Positions 1-9,456 of a stretch of DNA of 64,000 bases are shown here, piece after piece. The position numbers were made by a program, and so were the translations under genes. The stretch is taken from assembly GCA_963707955.1 (NCBI GenBank), contig OY970176.1, positions 1,824,001-1,888,000 of the forward strand. Reading direction: 5' to 3'. Every line of letters begins with the position of its first letter. Positions within the stretch are counted from its first letter, which is position 1. The notes beneath the pieces are model-generated. The model was not told the origin of the DNA, did not search any database, and saw only the letters and a program-made list of their open reading frames with translations. The DNA is from Candidatus Bathyarchaeota archaeon. Its GTDB lineage: Archaea > Thermoproteota > Bathyarchaeia > Bathyarchaeales > Bathycorpusculaceae.

Positions 1-232
1 ACTGCCTTCGTAGTGTTCCCGACAGCATCCAGCTCGTCCAATGATTTTTCAACGTCTTCTTCCACCTCAGACATCTTCGCTATTCCACCAGCGTTATCTA
101 CTATGGGACCGAAGGTGTCAGAAGCCATGATTATTCCTTTCATCCCGGTGAGGCCCAGGGCTGCCGCGATGATGCCGTATACTCCCAGTAACTCTCCTCC
201 GAATATGAAATAGCTAACCGCAATCACAGCTC
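1..232 (-). pseudogene. hppA: Membrane-bound H+-translocating pyrophosphatase, 5'-truncated fragment that continues off the left window edge
   Basis: Manual minus-strand translation: AVIAVSYFIFGGELLGVYGIIAAALGLTGMKGIIMASDTFGPIVDNAGGIAKMSEVEEDVEKSLDELDAVGNTTKA (DNAGGIA and LDAVGNTTKA PPase motifs). No N-terminal half lies upstream. Confidence 0.85.
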
Positions 233-288
233 CGCATTTTGAACATGCCCATGCAGTTCCGTCTTCTAATGCTGCACTAACTACTGTT

Positions 289-705
289 TCATATTCTAGA
301 ACTCTTGGAATCGGTATTCCTGAAGGCAACAGTATCTTTGTTTTTCTTCCTCTGTCGAGTTGATTTCTTAGCGCGCGCGTCCTTCCTTTCTTTGAATTGA
401 CTGTTAAGAAAGTCTGCTTCGCTTTGGGCTTTCTTTTTAGTTAGAGAATGCCTCACTATTCTTACTGGGCTGATGCCTTGTTTTCTGATCACAACATAGC
501 TGGGTGAAGGATGTCTATGATAACTCATTATGGGCTCACAACAGAAAAATTGCCTATGGACTCTTTTTGACACGTTCGTACTTCGTGGCAATACAAACTT
601 TGAATCCAGCATGTTAATATACTCCGCTTCCCACTCTGCCAGAAGCAAAAGTTTTTGCCCAGTAAGACCGAGAAAATCGGGTTCTCCGCTTTTACTTTTT
701 GGCAA
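289..705 (-). CDS. Hypothetical basic protein (doubtful)
   Basis: 138-aa ORF with no recognised motif, in an AT-rich segment. Confidence 0.3.
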   Translation of the reverse strand: MPKSKSGEPDFLGLTGQKLLLLAEWEAEYINMLDSKFVLPRSTNVSKRVHRQFFCCEPIMSYHRHPSPSYVVIRKQGISPVRIVRHSLTKKKAQSEADFLNSQFKERKDARAKKSTRQRKKNKDTVAFRNTDSKSSRI

Positions 706-1177
706 AGCAGCTTAGAAACAGTAAGGAAGTGAAAAACATGCGATATATGCAAAACAAGAAAGAAATGCAAGAACGAAAGAGAAAAAATGAAATGAATCGC
801 ACTATCATACAGAAGACGCAATGCCACTAAGATTCCCATCTTTTTCTGTCTAATCAGCTCATCCCACAACAGTTAACAAGGAAACAAACCCTTACCAAAC
901 GAATTTTCACACGAAGCCTTATCAACCGAAGACTTCACAGAACCCTTTTTATTAGTAATGGATTTAAGCAAGATGCAAAGTCGGTCTTTTGAGTTGAATC
1001 TTTTGGAACAAGCTACAAGCGCGCGCTGTATTATGTCGGTGACGTTTGTTTCGAATTTCATATTGACCGTTTGGAAAGGGTATGATTTCTGATTAGAATA
1101 AGAATATTTTCCTCGTCTTTAAGCTAGCCCATGCTTAATCTTAAATCGAAGTCAGTGTTGTCCGTCTTATCCTGTTG

Positions 1178-1720
1178 TCAGGATACGTCAGGCATTTTCT
1201 TCGCCGAGCGTTTCGTCCTGTAGGCAACGGTTGCGGCTATTGTGGCTACGATGAACAGGGGCAGAATCAGAGAAGGCGAGAATTCAGGAACCGTCGGCAC
1301 GACTATCAGTGTACCGTACATTATGGATGGATGTACAGCGCACCTGTAGGTGAAGGTTCCGCTCGTCGTTGCATTAAACCCGAAGACTGTGCTTAATGAG
1401 AATGCAGTAGAGTTGGGTTCACCTTGGTTGATGACACTGTTGTTGTTGTAATCGAGGAAAAATTGGTGTGGGAGACCATCTTGGCTGTGCAAGGTCAGGT
1501 TGAGGTAATCGTTTTGGTTAATGGTTATTGTTGGTCCTGGGCTCGTTATGTTTGTAGTAGTAAAACCCCAGCCATAGGTTGCTGAACCGTAAAGCATGAT
1601 GTTTACTGTGGTTGCGGCCCTCGCTTCTTGAATTCTGATTGAAGTTGCAGATATTCCGATGAGAAGCACGACGATCGTTGCGAGGATGATTTTTCGAAGC
1701 ATATGATCACACTGCTTCAC
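1178..1720 (-). CDS. Secreted cupredoxin (type-1 blue copper) protein with PEF-CTERM anchor
   Basis: Signal peptide; PHQF...YRCAVHPSIMYG gives a His/Cys/His/Met ligand pattern; C-terminal VPEF + TM helix + basic tail. Confidence 0.8.
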   Translation of the reverse strand: MKQCDHMLRKIILATIVVLLIGISATSIRIQEARAATTVNIMLYGSATYGWGFTTTNITSPGPTITINQNDYLNLTLHSQDGLPHQFFLDYNNNSVINQGEPNSTAFSLSTVFGFNATTSGTFTYRCAVHPSIMYGTLIVVPTVPEFSPSLILPLFIVATIAATVAYRTKRSAKKMPDVS

Positions 1721-1785
1721 TTTGATGTGCTCTGGATATTAAAGTTTCGAAGACATAAAGGTGTGTGAGTGTGGCGCGCTGGCTG

Positions 1786-4224
1786 CTATCTCTTGGATAA
1801 ACTCTCTTCATGTCCCATTAATCTGAAGAAGTGAATCTTTAGTTGGTCGGTTATAAAGAAGCTAAGCAGTGCGTAGCCCCAGACGAAAGCAGCTAATCCC
1901 AACCCAATCGGATTCATGAATACGCCGTAGATAGCGAACAACGTTCCGATGACTTGAGTGCTCTCTGTAGTCACGAAGAGAATACTGGCTGGAAGCGGAC
2001 GTTTCCAGAAGTGGTTCACTCCGGTGCGCGCCAGATAAATCGTGAGGTGGCCAGCCACGGTCATTTTTAGGAAAATCAGCGTCTGCAGCATGCCATAGCT
2101 TAAGTGAAGTACGTTCAAGCCAATTATGAAGAGCAAGAAGCTTGAAATGACGCCTGTTGCGCCAAGCAGAGAAGCCACGATTAATACGCCTCGCATGTAC
2201 CAGCGAACTGGTTTTTCTTGTACCGTGACATTATCGTATGCAATTGTCATGATGGGCATGTCATTAAGCAATGCGAGAATGACTATCATAACTGCCGTTA
2301 AGGGATACTTGTTGAAGATAAGAATTGTAAGCGACAAGAAAATTAGCACGCGAGTAGTCTCGGCGATTCGGTAGACGGCGTAATTGGTCATGCGTTCGAA
2401 AATCTTGCGGCTTTCTTTTATCGCATCGATGATAACCGAAAGTCCTGGTTTCGTGAGCACGACTCCCGCTGCGGATTTAGCCGCGTCAGTGGCTCCAGCA
2501 ACGGCAATCCCTACATCTGCTTTCTTTAATGCGGGAGCGTCGTTAACTCCGTCGCCAGTCATGCCGACAATGTGTCCTCTTTCTTGAAGCAACTGAACAA
2601 TGTGATACTTATGCTCAGGAAAAACTTGAGCAAAACCATCAGCGTTTTCAATAATGCCTTTTGTTTCGCTGTCAGCCTTGTCTATGAAAGAAGAAGCTGG
2701 TATTATGTTTGTGCCCAGATTAACCTCTTGAGCAATCTGTTTAGCTATAGCAATATGGTCGCCAGTGACCATCTTTACGTTTATGCCCATCTCTTGCGCT
2801 GTTCTTATTGTCTCAGCAGAGTCTTCGCGAGGCGGGTCATAAATTGCAAGAAGACCAACAAATTGCCACTTTCCGTCTTCGTCTCCCTTAATTACTCCTA
2901 GCGCCCGATGACCCTTGCTCGCGAAAGTGTTCACAACTTTGTTAACTCTGCTTTCGAGTTCTGCCTTGTTGGAAACAAGAGACAAAACAACTTGCGGCGC
3001 ACCCTTGGACACTCTGAAGCGCCCACCATCACGGCTCTCCACCGTGGCTTCAGTCCTCTTTGAAACAGGGTCAAACGGCTTGAAATGAATCACGCTGTAT
3101 TGGCTAAGGGCGTCGGAAACTGCTCTGATCGCCTTGGCTTTGACGATGACGGCGTCATCGATGGGATCATGATTTTCTTCCTTGGAAGCTAATGTTCCAT
3201 ATAGAAGAGCGTCGTCGACTTCGAATTTGCCAAAGGCTTGTGCTTCTGCAATGGTAAGTTCGTTTTTTGTTATCGTGCCTGTCTTGTCCGCGCATAAAAC
3301 GTCAACTCCAGCCATTTCTTCAATTGAAACCAGCTTGCTAACGATAGCTTCTTTTTTGGCGAGGGCGATTGCCCCAATAGCCATAGTGACTGTCAAGACG
3401 GCAGGCAAAGCTACAGGTATAGAAGCTACAACAAGAACCAACGCAAACTGAAGAATAGCTAAAGGATTGGCATGTCGAAAGAGCGCTGCGATGAACACGG
3501 CCGAAACCATTATGGCTGCAAGGATAATCAGATAGTTACCAATTCTTATTACGGCTTTTTGGAAGTGGCTTACGGTTCTGGCTTCTGCGACCAGTTTGGC
3601 GGTTTTGCCAAAGAAACTGCTGATTCCAGTGGCCACGACATAAGCGTCCATTTCACCTTGCCTAACGATAGCTCCTGCATAGGCAACATCAGAAACGTGC
3701 TTCTCCACCGGCAGAGATTCACCGGTCAACGCGGATTCATCCGCGAGCAAGTAGTCGCCTTTCATAAGCTTAACGTCGGCAGGAACAATGTCACCCAAGC
3801 GGACCCGTACGATGTCCCCAGGGACGAGTTCCTTTGAGGGTATCTCGTGCCATGTCCCGTCTCTTAACACTCGGGCTTTGGGAGCAAGTCGCTTTTTTAA
3901 CAGTTCTATGGCGTTGTCTGCTTTCCGTTCCTGCCAGAACCCCACTACGGCGTTCACAATTAGCAACGTGAAAATGATGGCAAAATCATCGTAGTGCTGT
4001 ATGATTACAGATAGCGCTGCGGCTACTTCTATCATCAGGGGAATGGGTCCCCAGAAATAACCCACAAACTTGCGAAAAGGACCAACTTTCTTTTCAGGAA
4101 TATCGTTAGAACCATACTGTTGAAGCTTTTTCGTTACTTCTTCTGTAGATAGCCCAGTCTTCACGTAGGTTGGGAATGGAGTTTCTTCTGATGAGTTTTT
4201 TGATTGTTTGGATTCCGCTTGCAA
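1786..4224 (-). CDS. Plasma-membrane proton-efflux P-type ATPase (type IIIA)
   Basis: TGES, DKTGT, FDPVSKRT, KGAP, TGD and GDGVNDAPALKKAD motifs; IPVALP in TM4; LLND in TM6. Confidence 0.95.
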   Translation of the reverse strand: MQAESKQSKNSSEETPFPTYVKTGLSTEEVTKKLQQYGSNDIPEKKVGPFRKFVGYFWGPIPLMIEVAAALSVIIQHYDDFAIIFTLLIVNAVVGFWQERKADNAIELLKKRLAPKARVLRDGTWHEIPSKELVPGDIVRVRLGDIVPADVKLMKGDYLLADESALTGESLPVEKHVSDVAYAGAIVRQGEMDAYVVATGISSFFGKTAKLVAEARTVSHFQKAVIRIGNYLIILAAIMVSAVFIAALFRHANPLAILQFALVLVVASIPVALPAVLTVTMAIGAIALAKKEAIVSKLVSIEEMAGVDVLCADKTGTITKNELTIAEAQAFGKFEVDDALLYGTLASKEENHDPIDDAVIVKAKAIRAVSDALSQYSVIHFKPFDPVSKRTEATVESRDGGRFRVSKGAPQVVLSLVSNKAELESRVNKVVNTFASKGHRALGVIKGDEDGKWQFVGLLAIYDPPREDSAETIRTAQEMGINVKMVTGDHIAIAKQIAQEVNLGTNIIPASSFIDKADSETKGIIENADGFAQVFPEHKYHIVQLLQERGHIVGMTGDGVNDAPALKKADVGIAVAGATDAAKSAAGVVLTKPGLSVIIDAIKESRKIFERMTNYAVYRIAETTRVLIFLSLTILIFNKYPLTAVMIVILALLNDMPIMTIAYDNVTVQEKPVRWYMRGVLIVASLLGATGVISSFLLFIIGLNVLHLSYGMLQTLIFLKMTVAGHLTIYLARTGVNHFWKRPLPASILFVTTESTQVIGTLFAIYGVFMNPIGLGLAAFVWGYALLSFFITDQLKIHFFRLMGHEESLSKR

Positions 4225-4540
4225 AGCCTTCTATTCTATTAACCGAATTAGTGTTTTTATTAACAGAATAGGCAAGCTTCAATAGCATCATCGCTTTTTA
4301 ACGTTTCCCAGCGATTGGGGAAAGCGAATCTTCAAATTCTATGGTATGTCTGACGATTTTCCTCGCACACAATAGTACTCTAGGCTCAATCGGTATTTGG
4401 CGGCTACAGGGCAGAAACTGCACATATAACCTGGCTCTAGGACTGTATCTTCGGATTTGCATCTTGAACAGTAAAGAGTGCCATTTAAGGGCGAGTTTTT
4501 GTAACTCGCGCGCGCCAAGGCATTCGTTAAACTGAACGAG

Positions 4541-4965
4541 TTATTGGGGCGTGGGGGAGCGCCATATGGCTTCGAGTACGCTTTCGGTGAACGTTTTTTT
4601 GCTGAGATGTTTTGCGAAGTCGGAAACGACTATTATTCCGACTAGTTCGTGGTGCTTCATGACTGGAAGTCTTCTTATTTTGTTGTTAACCATTCTTCTG
4701 GCTGCCACGCTTAGAGAGGCTCTGGGCCGATGGTTATGAGGGGTTTGGTCATTATGTCTGAAATTTTGGTGTCTATTGATTTTCTTCTGGCCACTACGCG
4801 TCTTACGAAGTCTCTTTCGGTGACTATTCCTCGGGGTATTTCGCCGTCCAGGACAACTATGTCCCCGACTTCTTTTTGGCTCATGAGTTCTGCGGCTTCT
4901 ACGATGGTTTTGTCTTTGTCAATGGTTAGCACACCCTTGGTCATAAAATCTTTTACTTTGGGCAT
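4541..4965 (-). CDS. CBS-pair protein, frameshift near 4715
   Basis: MPKVKDFMTKGVLTI...GIVTERDFVRR...MTKPLITIG continues in another frame as ...AARRMVNNKIRRLPV...VSDFAKHLSKK...PTPQ*. Confidence 0.8.
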
Positions 4966-5206
4966 TGTTCTCAGATTATCATGGTGGCTAATTGAATAAA
5001 TAATTTGCCGAATTTCCCAAAGACGCGTCTTGTCGTTCTTCGCTGAAGCGATAGTTTCGTCAATAGCAGCCTGTAGTTCGCGCGCGCTGGCACGCGTACT
5101 TACGAATAACTGTTTATGCGAAGAATTTTTTGGTGGTGTTCTGTTATGCAACTATTTTCTTGCACTATACGGGCGCGCAAACATCATTTGGAAAAATGTA
5201 AGGTTG

Positions 5207-5539
5207 TTACCAGCCGTGCTTAATAGTCGAAGGTGTAATCCCCTTCTTCTTTTGTCCTTCACTCTTCGCAACCTTGAAATTGTTAATCCTAACGGTCCCA
5301 CCTTCGAGTGAAGCCCAATATTTGTTGTTCAGTTTTCGATGGTAAATAAACTTGTTCACCAATCTCTGCAGCTCTTGTGGGGACGATTTTTCAGAATCTA
5401 CTAACACGTTATTGTCGTAAGAAGTGATCTCCACTTTGAGGGTCGTACGAAGGAAGCTAGCCAGCGATTCTCTTTCATCCTTTAATTCGCCCAAATTCAC
5501 TTTCAACCTCCCCTTCCCCCATGAGAACAAAGCATTCAA
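5207..5539 (-). CDS. Ribosomal protein eL22 (L22e)-like protein, divergent; start uncertain
   Basis: Size and pattern LKVNLGEL..LASFL...KVEI....LVNKFIYHRKL..KYW resemble archaeal eL22-like proteins (recognised from memory, not searched). Confidence 0.5.
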   Translation of the reverse strand: MNALFSWGKGRLKVNLGELKDERESLASFLRTTLKVEITSYDNNVLVDSEKSSPQELQRLVNKFIYHRKLNNKYWASLEGGTVRINNFKVAKSEGQKKKGITPSTIKHGW

Positions 5540-5567
5540 CCTCCACCATGATAAGAGTCACATGCGC

Positions 5568-5771
5568 TCAAAAGTGTATCCATATTCGTGCGCCCTTTTG
5601 CTCGCGAATAAGATTATACGTAGACTGGTAAAAAGTCACTGGTTTAGCTTTGCCTAACGTGTCGGGGAAAACCTCCCATAGCCTGAGACCAGAAACCACT
5701 CTCGGAACAACACCCAAAACCTGCTGCCACTTCTCCTGAAGCATCGACATCCTTTCCACTTGAGCCTGCAC
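5568..5771 (-). CDS. Small hypothetical protein (possibly leaderless) or a non-coding transcript
   Basis: GTG start about 26 nt downstream of a TATA-like box (5794-5800) that carries the shared upstream motif. Confidence 0.35.
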   Translation of the reverse strand: MQAQVERMSMLQEKWQQVLGVVPRVVSGLRLWEVFPDTLGKAKPVTFYQSTYNLIREQKGARIWIHF

Positions 5772-5793
5772 GAAAACCGTTGGTGTCTTCGTC

Positions 5794-5820
5794 TATTAAA
5801 TGTGTGTCAGTCGCACGATA
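5794..5820 (-). promoter_or_regulatory. TATA box plus shared operator-like box, copy 1
   Basis: Minus strand TATCGTGCGACTGACA-CACA-TTTAATA. Confidence 0.6.
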
Positions 5821-6031
5821 ATGTTACGATTCCTCTTGAATTCCATATAAAGCGCGTCAGTGGGGCTTCAGGGCGATTTTTGACCCGATTTTTGAGGCAA
5901 TGCTCCGACTTGGCAAGTGCGAGTGGTTTTTGCGAAGTAGATGATCTCGTTCTCGTCAACTATTAATCGATGCACTTCTAGGAAGTTGTTTGCGAGTTTT
6001 TCTTTACTCAGTTCCTTTAACCGAGAATTCT

Positions 6032-6202
6032 TCATTCATACCTGGTTAAGTACAGCGGCTTAGAAGCCTCTGAGCGCCTTAGTTCAAGAGGAACATCTGT
6101 TAGCGAAATCGACTTCTTTGATCCTTTGCTCGGATGCTCTGTGGTTCTCTCGGTTCTCGGTAATTCCTTCACCTCACAACCCGACCCTGAGACGTTCTTC
6201 AT
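6032..6202 (-). CDS. Microprotein, 56 aa (MKNVSGSGCEVKELPRTER...YLTRYE)
   Basis: Manual translation; GGTGA SD 7 nt before ATG; TATA at 6235-6241. Confidence 0.5.
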   Translation of the reverse strand: MKNVSGSGCEVKELPRTERTTEHPSKGSKKSISLTDVPLELRRSEASKPLYLTRYE

Positions 6203-6234
6203 TTTTTGATCACCAGCATACCAAACAAATCCTC

Positions 6235-6277
6235 TTTTAAACAGATGTCAGTCACATGTCAGTCTGACGTGTCGGCA
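6235..6277 (-). promoter_or_regulatory. TATA box plus shared operator-like box, copy 2 (tandem half sites)
   Basis: TGTCAGTC at 6246 and 6257 and TGTCGGCA at 6270, next to TTTTAAA. Confidence 0.6.
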
Positions 6278-6591
6278 AGGTCCTCCCATGACCCAAGACC
6301 AGACACCACTCCCAAAATATACGCTAAAACCCGCCAGTCCCCATGCCCAAACGGGTTCAAGTCCGCGATCATCCCTAACGCGCGCCAGTTTGTTGCTAAA
6401 TTCGCGGGATTGACATAAACCTGTTCTGCCGTTCTCAGGCGTGGACAGACACCAAGACTTGGGACGTAAGATTGCTAGGAAAACACCACCATGCCCAGAG
6501 GCTATTCAAAAATTGACACGAACGATTCGATTTAGCAACAGCCTAGCGCGTTATTATTTTCATACATCCAACTCTCCTGCACCTTCAAACA

Positions 6592-6738
6592 TTATTGACC
6601 TTTTATTTCTTCTATGTTCCAGTATTCTTTAGAATAACATCCAACACAATGCGAACATACGTATACTTCTCTTTTTGATCCTTTTTCTTTTGCTATAAAT
6701 TCGGCTTCTCTTTTACTACACCTACCACAATTGGGCAT
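6592..6738 (-). CDS. Zinc-finger microprotein, 48 aa (MPNCGRCSKREA...YVCSHCVGCYSKEYW...GQ)
   Basis: Manual translation; AGGAG SD; CxxC-x20-CxxC; too short for the ORF track. Confidence 0.65.
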   Translation of the reverse strand: MPNCGRCSKREAEFIAKEKGSKREVYVCSHCVGCYSKEYWNIEEIKGQ

Positions 6739-6756
6739 GTTTTTTCTCCTTTTATA

Positions 6757-7173
6757 TTAGCGCGCGCTATGCAAGATTTGTCTAAGCTCGTGCGCTAAAG
6801 TAACAACTGTGGCACTTTTCAATTTTAGCGCTTCATATCTGGCAGCAATATCAGCTAGATTCTGTTTAGCATTCGGGATAAAGACTTTGCCAGAAGTCTC
6901 AGCAAAGATGTTTAAGGATTTCCCATTATCTTCTATTATCAGTCTTTCAACAGTTCCAAGAGGTAGCTTATTGATAGTTAACTCAGCACCCATAGATAGA
7001 GGATAAGACAATCTGAAATCATCTATAGTCCCGCAAACGGTTAACAGTGACCGCGGTGTGATTTTTGGCGAACCACATTCACTGCCATCGGCTAAGTCTA
7101 TGTGCACAAATAACTTACACACGATTCGTGGCATGTTAATTTCTTTTGTCTCAAGCATTTGGGTTTTCTTCAT
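6757..7173 (-). CDS. Hypothetical protein
   Basis: 138-aa ORF with GGTGAG SD and TATA at 7209-7216. Confidence 0.65.
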   Translation of the reverse strand: MKKTQMLETKEINMPRIVCKLFVHIDLADGSECGSPKITPRSLLTVCGTIDDFRLSYPLSMGAELTINKLPLGTVERLIIEDNGKSLNIFAETSGKVFIPNAKQNLADIAARYEALKLKSATVVTLAHELRQILHSAR

Positions 7174-7208
7174 CTAGCTCACCAAGGATACCAAACAGAA
7201 TCTCGGCT

Positions 7209-7234
7209 CATAAATATGTGCCAGTCAGGTGACA
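7209..7234 (-). promoter_or_regulatory. TATA box plus shared operator-like box, copy 3
   Basis: Minus strand TGTCACCTGACTGGCA-CATA-TTTATG. Confidence 0.6.
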
Positions 7235-7292
7235 ATCTTACAGTGTCTCTGATATCATTTCTCAATTAGTGTCGCTAGGTGCGTAAAATAGT

Positions 7293-7433
7293 TCACTGCC
7301 GGAGTGGGCACAAAAACCGAGAGGAGAAAGGAGAGAGGTGGATGGACACGGCCCTGAACACTTCCACCTTTGTGGGAGAGAACACCCTTTCGTAGTACGT
7401 TCCCTCTTGAGGGTCAAATTCAACTTTTTTCAT
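7293..7433 (-). CDS. Microprotein, 46 aa (MKKVEFDPQEGTYYERVF...)
   Basis: GGAGG SD; ATG immediately after the stop of the upstream microprotein. Confidence 0.45.
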   Translation of the reverse strand: MKKVEFDPQEGTYYERVFSPTKVEVFRAVSIHLSPFSSRFLCPLRQ

Positions 7434-7434
7434 T

Positions 7435-7590
7435 CTATTCCTCCCTTTCCATTTCACTCTTTTTACAGGTCTTGCCATCGTCACAAAAAACGTCGCAAGT
7501 CCTGTCAATCTCCACGCCGTACTTTTTACAGATGGGTGACTTTCTTCTGTGCAGCGCATTCATAGATGCGTCATTTCTTGCCATGCCCAT
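7435..7590 (-). CDS. Cys-rich microprotein, 51 aa (MGMARND...PICKKYGVEIDRTCDVFCDDGKTCKKSEMEREE)
   Basis: Manual translation; C-x10-C-x3-C-x5-C. Confidence 0.5.
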   Translation of the reverse strand: MGMARNDASMNALHRRKSPICKKYGVEIDRTCDVFCDDGKTCKKSEMEREE

Positions 7591-7751
7591 CTTCTTTCTC
7601 ACACTCAGGTTGTTTGAAGGCGATATGTTCCCAAATGTCTGTCCTCGTCAGACCTGAGTTCTATTGCTTCAATGTTGCCTAAGTCAAGACCGCTCGAAAG
7701 TGGTGGAACTGGTTTTCCGACTTCGGCAATTTGTAATCTATCCACTTCTGG

Positions 7752-7785
7752 TTTAAGTGTATGTCAGTCACTCGACAAGGTGACA
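7752..7785 (-). promoter_or_regulatory. TATA box plus shared operator-like box, copy 4
   Basis: Plus strand TTTAAG-TGTA-TGTCAGTCACTCGACA (TGTC-N8-GACA palindrome), with an extra TGACA. Confidence 0.6.
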
Positions 7786-7830
7786 AAACACGTTAGAAGC
7801 GAGGCAAGTTTACATTGAAAGCATGTAGGT

Positions 7831-9111
7831 TTATCGAAGATTGGCTATGTCTCTGGAGAGATCAGCCCATATTTCCTCCGCTAAAGCCCAAAACATACTG
7901 ACTACATTGCGATCAATTGACCAAACCATTTCGCGTGGAATCCTGAGCACAGGAGATGACGCAAACAAGCATTCCGAATCTGTAACCATGAGGCTTATGG
8001 GTCTTTCTTCCACAACGCGTAAATTGACCTTGCCCGCCAAGTTTTGTATGAGCTCGACATTCTGCTCGTCAACGACTGTTACCCACCGTATTGAAACATG
8101 CTTTTTTCGCAGCCTCTCAAATTGTGGTGTAATCATTGAAATACTCTCGTTATCTATTCTCGAAACAATGAACAACTTCGATTGTGCACGAGCTAACGAA
8201 TCGAGCAACTGTTTCTTCACATTCTCAGTCCCCCGAACAACTACGATTGGTTGTATGGCTTTCCCACTTCTTATCGAGCTCATCTCTAATTCAGCTGGCA
8301 CTGAAACCTGCCAGACTTTTTCAAAAAGATCTTTCATGGTACCAATATGACTGGAGTCATTAGTCCACAATTCGTGCATCAACCCTTCGTCGGCAAAACT
8401 TCCATCTAGGTATATTGCTGAGCCCATGATAAGTTCCTTATTGTCAACTAGCGTCGCCAAGGATGCCACTCCAGCAGAGTGCCTTATCTCACAAAAATCG
8501 CTCAGTTTGTCGACTTCTTTCAAGTTTTTCTCATTGATTTCGGTCACTATTCTTATCTTTACGTTCCTTTGAGCACACTTTCGGAGCAATCGATCCCTGT
8601 CATATATGATGGCACGTTGGATTTCCATACTTGGAGTTATCCAGAGGACTTCGCTTTTCGCATTCTGCAACATTTCCTGGATTTTCTCATTTATCAGACG
8701 TTGGCCTGAGATAAGCGCAAAGCGTATAGGCTGAGGTTCTGTTAGCCCAGCGGACTTGCCTTCAACTTTTTTCAATTCACTTTCAAGTACCATTTTCTTT
8801 TCATGAAGTTCAGAGATCTGGCTTGAAAGAAGTTCTTGCTGATGTTTGATTAGTTCTGAAAGAACTTCTTCTGGATTGATTGCCAAGAACTTGGTGGGCC
8901 TGTCAATAATTACTTCGATCATGCCCAATTTCTCCAATCGTGGTAAAACGCGATAGATTTCTTGGCGCGGGATATTCGACAACCTTGCTATTGCCCGAGC
9001 ACTTGCTTTCTTGAGCTGAAGAAGGGCTAGATACACTTTCGCTTCGTTTCCAGAAAGACCAAAAGACATCAATTCCTTAATCAGCTTCTCTGACAGTGGC
9101 ATGAGTGTCAT
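7831..9111 (-). CDS. TrmB-family transcriptional regulator with two effector (PLD-fold-like) domains
   Basis: FGLSGNEAKVYLALL...IPRQEIYRVLPRLEKLGMIE wHTH, a coiled coil, then two repeats of AKSEV/AQSKL...VDNKE/TDSEC...FEKVW/AEEIW. Confidence 0.9.
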   Translation of the reverse strand: MTLMPLSEKLIKELMSFGLSGNEAKVYLALLQLKKASARAIARLSNIPRQEIYRVLPRLEKLGMIEVIIDRPTKFLAINPEEVLSELIKHQQELLSSQISELHEKKMVLESELKKVEGKSAGLTEPQPIRFALISGQRLINEKIQEMLQNAKSEVLWITPSMEIQRAIIYDRDRLLRKCAQRNVKIRIVTEINEKNLKEVDKLSDFCEIRHSAGVASLATLVDNKELIMGSAIYLDGSFADEGLMHELWTNDSSHIGTMKDLFEKVWQVSVPAELEMSSIRSGKAIQPIVVVRGTENVKKQLLDSLARAQSKLFIVSRIDNESISMITPQFERLRKKHVSIRWVTVVDEQNVELIQNLAGKVNLRVVEERPISLMVTDSECLFASSPVLRIPREMVWSIDRNVVSMFWALAEEIWADLSRDIANLR

Positions 9112-9456
9112 TTTGTCACCCTACTATAAGTCAGGCAAAACCCTATTAAAGCATGCGACGCCTGGAGTTCCTTACCGCGCGCGCACTCAAATCTCCGGAA
9201 CTGTTATACCGTCCTGATAGACAGCATTTCAAAAAGTACTTTGGCGCCCTTCGAAAAAAGAACGTTCATGTCTCATATTGTCGGCATGTTCATACACTCA
9301 GCTTGCGAAACTAGTTGTGAGGAGTATTGAATACACAAAAACCCAAACAACCGCGCGCCCTATGAAGCTAGTGTCGGATGAGCGTATGTCAGACGAGGCT
9401 TTATATTCGAGTATATCAGCTACGTTGCGATATAATTCGGCCGAAGATGCCATCAA

